Source of the DNA: Pseudogymnoascus verrucosus
Lineage: Eukaryota
Assembly (NCBI GenBank): GCA_001662655.1
Contig: KV460207.1
Length of the DNA: 64,000 bases
Reading direction: 5' to 3' (one strand)
Shown: piece by piece, positions 60,039-64,000 of the stretch
How the letters are laid out: each line of letters opens with the position of its first letter
Numbering within the stretch: the first letter of the stretch is position 1
Notes under the pieces: generated by a model
Database searches by the model: none
What the model saw: the letters and a program-made list of their open reading frames with translations, nothing else
What the model was told of the DNA's origin: nothing
Program-made: the position numbers and the translations under genes

Positions 60039-61601
60039 TCACCCCACTGTCACCGTGGCCGCCACACCGGCTCTCGTAATAGTAAACTGCTCCGTGACCG
60101 TAACAGACCGCGTAACCGTCACCGTCACCGGCCCCTCCTCTTTACCCCCGCTGCCACCCGCGGCAGCAGCAGCAACGGGCACAACAGAGATAATACTCCC
60201 ACTCCCATCCGCAATGGCTACTGCCGTCGGAGTATCAGCAGCCGGAGCAACTGTAGATGGCGCGAAATCAGACACGGCAATGGTGATAGTTGAGACGATA
60301 GTCCTGTGCAAAACCGTCGTCACCTCGTCAGCCTGACCCTCATTAGAATCCGAAGGCTGCGCAGCCGCAGCCGTCACCAGTGCCTCAGCAGCCGTCGTTG
60401 TTGGCACCGCATCCGCTATAGAAGTAGCCTGCACCACCTCCGCCGTCGTGCTCGGCACCACAACAGGCACCGAGCCAATCGTCACACTCAGACTATTCGG
60501 CAATCCCAAAATACTCTCCGCAGTCTCAATATCCGTACACTTCACGACCACGCCCGGGGATTCTGTAAGCGGCATGGCGTAACAGAGCTTTGAATCCGAA
60601 CTGCATCCCTTGAGGGTGTAGCGGCCGTCTACGCAGGTGGCGAACTTGCCATCGATGCAGGCCAATTTGTTTGGGGCACAGATGGATTCGGGCGTCAGCG
60701 TGGCGTACATGTCGTTGAATTCATGGGCTAGGCGGAGGTTTTCGGCGCTCATGCTGGCGGCGTCGGTGGCGGTGGGGGCCTCCGTGGTGGTTGGGAGGGG
60801 GGATGCACTAGTGAAGAAGCTGGGGGTCACAGGCACTACGACTCCCGCGCCTGTGACGGTTATGGCGACAGGTGCGTTTGTGGTTTGTGTTGATAGGGTG
60901 GTGGGTGTCACTGGGTCAGATGAAAAGGTGAATGGTGCCTCTGCGGTAGTTGATATTGCTCCTGGCGTATTCGTTAGAGACTCCTCAAAGGGGAACACCT
61001 GTGTCCCAGTTGTCGGCTTGGAGTCGGCGGATGCGTCTGTGTTAGAATTGGCTGAAACGAGCGTGGTCCTGGAGAAATTTCCGGTTCCTGCGACAATGGA
61101 TCCGCCGGGTATGAATCCACTGAGGTTCGAAATAATGGCGGTTTGAGAAGCGCCTACCGCTGTTTGGGCTGCGTTTGCGCCATCTCCAGCAGCCGTTGCT
61201 GTTAGGGAATTGGAGGTGATAATTGGAGCATCTTGGGCGGTGGTGGCTGTAGTGGACGAAGAGATCAAAGTCGTGCTAGCAAATCCTGATGTGGACAGTG
61301 CGGTTGCTGTCGACGCGGTAGAAAGTTCAGTGCTAGAGCTGGTGGTTGCGGTTGTGGTGTCGACAGGCGTCTGTGTGAGAGCGACGGGAACCACGTCGAT
61401 TGTAGCCGCTGCAGAATCTGCAATACTTGTTGTATTCTTAAATGGAGCAACTTGTCGGAGTTGGCTGTTGATAGTCAGTTTGGCCTAACGAGGTGATAAT
61501 ACGTGAACTTACAGCTTGCGAAAGCTGTCCCGAGGGAGCGGGCCAGCCGCGGCGAGGGACGAACATAGTAGACATACAGAGACAACACTGAAGAAGTGCA
61601 T
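60039..61601 (-). CDS. Secreted Ser/Thr-rich protein with 6-Cys CBM19-like module
   Basis: Signal peptide MHFFSVVSVCLLCSSLAAAGP in exon 1, Thr-rich stretches, and C-x6-C-x7-C-x9-C-x6-C-x14-C (ICAPNKLACIDGKFATCVDGRYTLKGCSSDSKLCYAMP...VKC). Confidence 0.75.
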
Positions 61602-64000
61602 GGTTGTACAGAGATAGGTGTCGAAAATGAAAGTTTAAAAGACAAAAGTACTGGTGTTCAAAATGAGTAAAAACAAATAAGAATGACTGTTGGCGCTGAC
61701 TCTATGAAAAGAGAGACTGGACGGAGAAGGAAAAGAATGAAAACCGCGTGACTAGACGCAACGAAAAGACTGATGGAAACAAGAACTTAGGACTCATGCA
61801 TGCCGGGGGGAAGAGGCTCCCTACTTGTAGGAGCCGACAGCAGCATGTGGAGAATCAGAGGCCGTCAATCGCCGGCCAAGTTTGGTCCACCACAGCTGTA
61901 GCTTCGAAGACGAGTCGAGACCGCGACGTCTCGACTCGATGCATGAAACGGGAGAGTGACGCGCAACGGCCATGTCGTCGGCGACCTCGAACGCGGCGTC
62001 ACGCCGGCAGAGCCAATACCTCGAGCTCGAAGCTCAGAAGGTTGAAACAGCGGCCGCCTACGCCGTCTATTCCTGTCAGCGGCTGTCTGGGTGGTTGCAG
62101 CCGCCAGCGACTTGATTGGCTGAGAGACGACCTCGATGTGTGACAGGGACTTGGACTGGGACTGGACCTCATTAAGAAACGATCAGTGAATCGGAAGTCG
62201 AGTAGCCGCACGAATCAGAGCGAGCATGCCGAAATAAGGACTCGCAATCTTATGGTCGCGTCTATTCCAGCTGTTGTGGGCATAGTATGCGGGTTCGTCC
62301 GGCTGTTTGGGCGCGTAAACATTAAATTGCGGGTGCGGTGACAGGGAGAGATAGGCCCGCCCTTTGGTCAGCATCGCTTCTAGAGCATAGCGACCTCACT
62401 CATTACTCGAGTATACACTTGGAGTATGGTATCTCTATCTCTGTCCGCAATAAGCAGGCAGTGGGACTCGGGCCGGGCTTATTATATCGCTCGTGAAGAC
62501 GACGGTCAGGACGAACGGACGAAGAAAGGCCGAATGCGTCTGAGACCAGGCTGGTTGGGATGGGTTTTGTACGAATACTCCCGACGTTGGGCAGCGACGA
62601 GGGAGATTATTGCCGCATGTCTTCACTGATGCAGAGAACGTTCTTGCCTGGTCTGGGCTGTCTACGTTGTCTAGGTTGTCTAGGCTATCTTCTGCCCTTC
62701 AGCCGGCGCCGCAGTTGCACCATCTTCATAGCAGAAATAGAGAATAGAGGAGTACTTCTGTCTTGGCTGTGTTCTAGGCCTCTTGACATGTGTCGGATTA
62801 TGCGGACCGGAGGCCAGAAGAGGCACTTTTGATTCGTACTGTACTGTACTGTACTGTACAACACATACAGTGCTTTTACTATGCCCAAGGCTGGGAGAGG
62901 GGCTCTTTCGCCATTTCCACGTGTATCGCTCTCTCTCTCTCTCTGCTATCTCTGGTAATTGTAAGTCCATAATTGCAATATAAAAATCGAGATGTTTTCG
63001 TGGAGGTCCTTGCAGGTTGAGGAAGAAATACCGCAGCCTCCTGCATCGTAATGCATGTGGGTGTATGGTTGGGGTACTCAATTGGTACTTTGTGGCCTGT
63101 GTATTTTTCTTAGTAACAGACAGTACCAATCAGGTATCCGGCACACGCCGATGTATGTATGTTCATGCTGGTCAGGACGCCGACCGACACCGTTATCTTA
63201 TCCCGCTGCCATGCCACTACAAACAAAAAAATGTATGTACTTGCAGTGCTGTACTGTACCGCGGAAGCCAATTATCCTCCTCTCTTCCCCTCTACTCGCC
63301 TGCTGTTCGCCTGTTGTTCGCCTGCCCGCCTCCTCCCCCCGCCTGCAATTACGTAGAGTCCTTACCTGAACACTCTTGTTCCATAACCCAAAAACCAAGG
63401 CGCCATGCTTCCCTCCCACAATTTGTCCTAAATCCCACCTCTATTATTCCTGTTCCTACTTCTCTCCCGTAAATCATCCATTCACAGTCTACTCTTTGTA
63501 ATCTTGAATCCTCTTCCCAGGTTTTTATTATATGAATACTCCTCCTTCATCCTCACCGACGCACCGCCGGCTCTCACTCCACTCGGCGTAATTGCTTCAC
63601 GCTTCCTCACAAAAAGCGGCTGACGAGAGAGTTACCTGCCTGTCTGCCCCTCACCACCCCCCTCCCCAACACCACACCCAATCCTGCCCCACCATCCCAC
63701 CACGCCTGCTTTACAGGCCCTTCAGCTTGGAATAACTTGACCAGCATCAGCATCAGCATTGTTTAATATCCATTTATCTCATATATACATCTATCACTAC
63801 AAATAGCCCGCGTCGCCCTTCACCCCGCTCTCGCTGCGTCACCGCCCATTGAGAACAGAGATCTCTCTACCTCGACCTCCAACCTCCTACCAAGCGCAGT
63901 CCGAAGCGCATTCACACCTCCTCGTGCCAGAAGTTCATTCACGCATGAACGTTCACGTCTTCGACTGATTCACCCGAGCCGAACGAGACATATATTGCAC

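Noticed and set aside
61602..64000. Short ORFs in the terminal 2.4 kb
   Set aside because: No recognisable protein. Microsatellites and pyrimidine tracts suggest the promoter/5'UTR of a gene beyond the window.

Overview
Eukaryotic DNA from a filamentous ascomycete: short GT-AG introns with CTRAC-type branch points, and Zn2Cys6, SKN7, FIG1 and Grainyhead genes. I reconstructed spliced models by eye for about 20 protein-coding genes. The left third (about 0.4-21.4 kb) is a compact nine-gene, apparently catabolic cluster. It encodes a cyclase/kynurenine-formamidase-like hydrolase, a nitronate-monooxygenase-family flavoprotein, a Zn2Cys6 regulator, a Dal5-type MFS permease and a Baeyer-Villiger/FMO-type monooxygenase. 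It also encodes a MaoC (R)-hydratase, an anchor-less CYP540-like P450 head-to-head with a cytochrome b5/b5-reductase fusion, and an SCP2-type thiolase. Three members end in PTS1-like tripeptides, and the promoters share a CCNCGG motif. The cluster has a hAT-like element end at its left, a DD34E Tc1 relic inside it, and a pseudogene plus an F-box gene at its right. The rest is mostly core genes: FIG1, SKN7, Prx5-type peroxiredoxin, a DEK-C-like protein, an orphan 7-TM protein, a divergent ACR2-ACR3 arsenic pair, an MCT-type MFS, AIM24, a kinesin-10, Grainyhead/CP2, an OSBP and a secreted Ser/Thr-rich protein. I recognised no tRNA, rRNA or snRNA genes. All family assignments come from motif recognition, not database searches.
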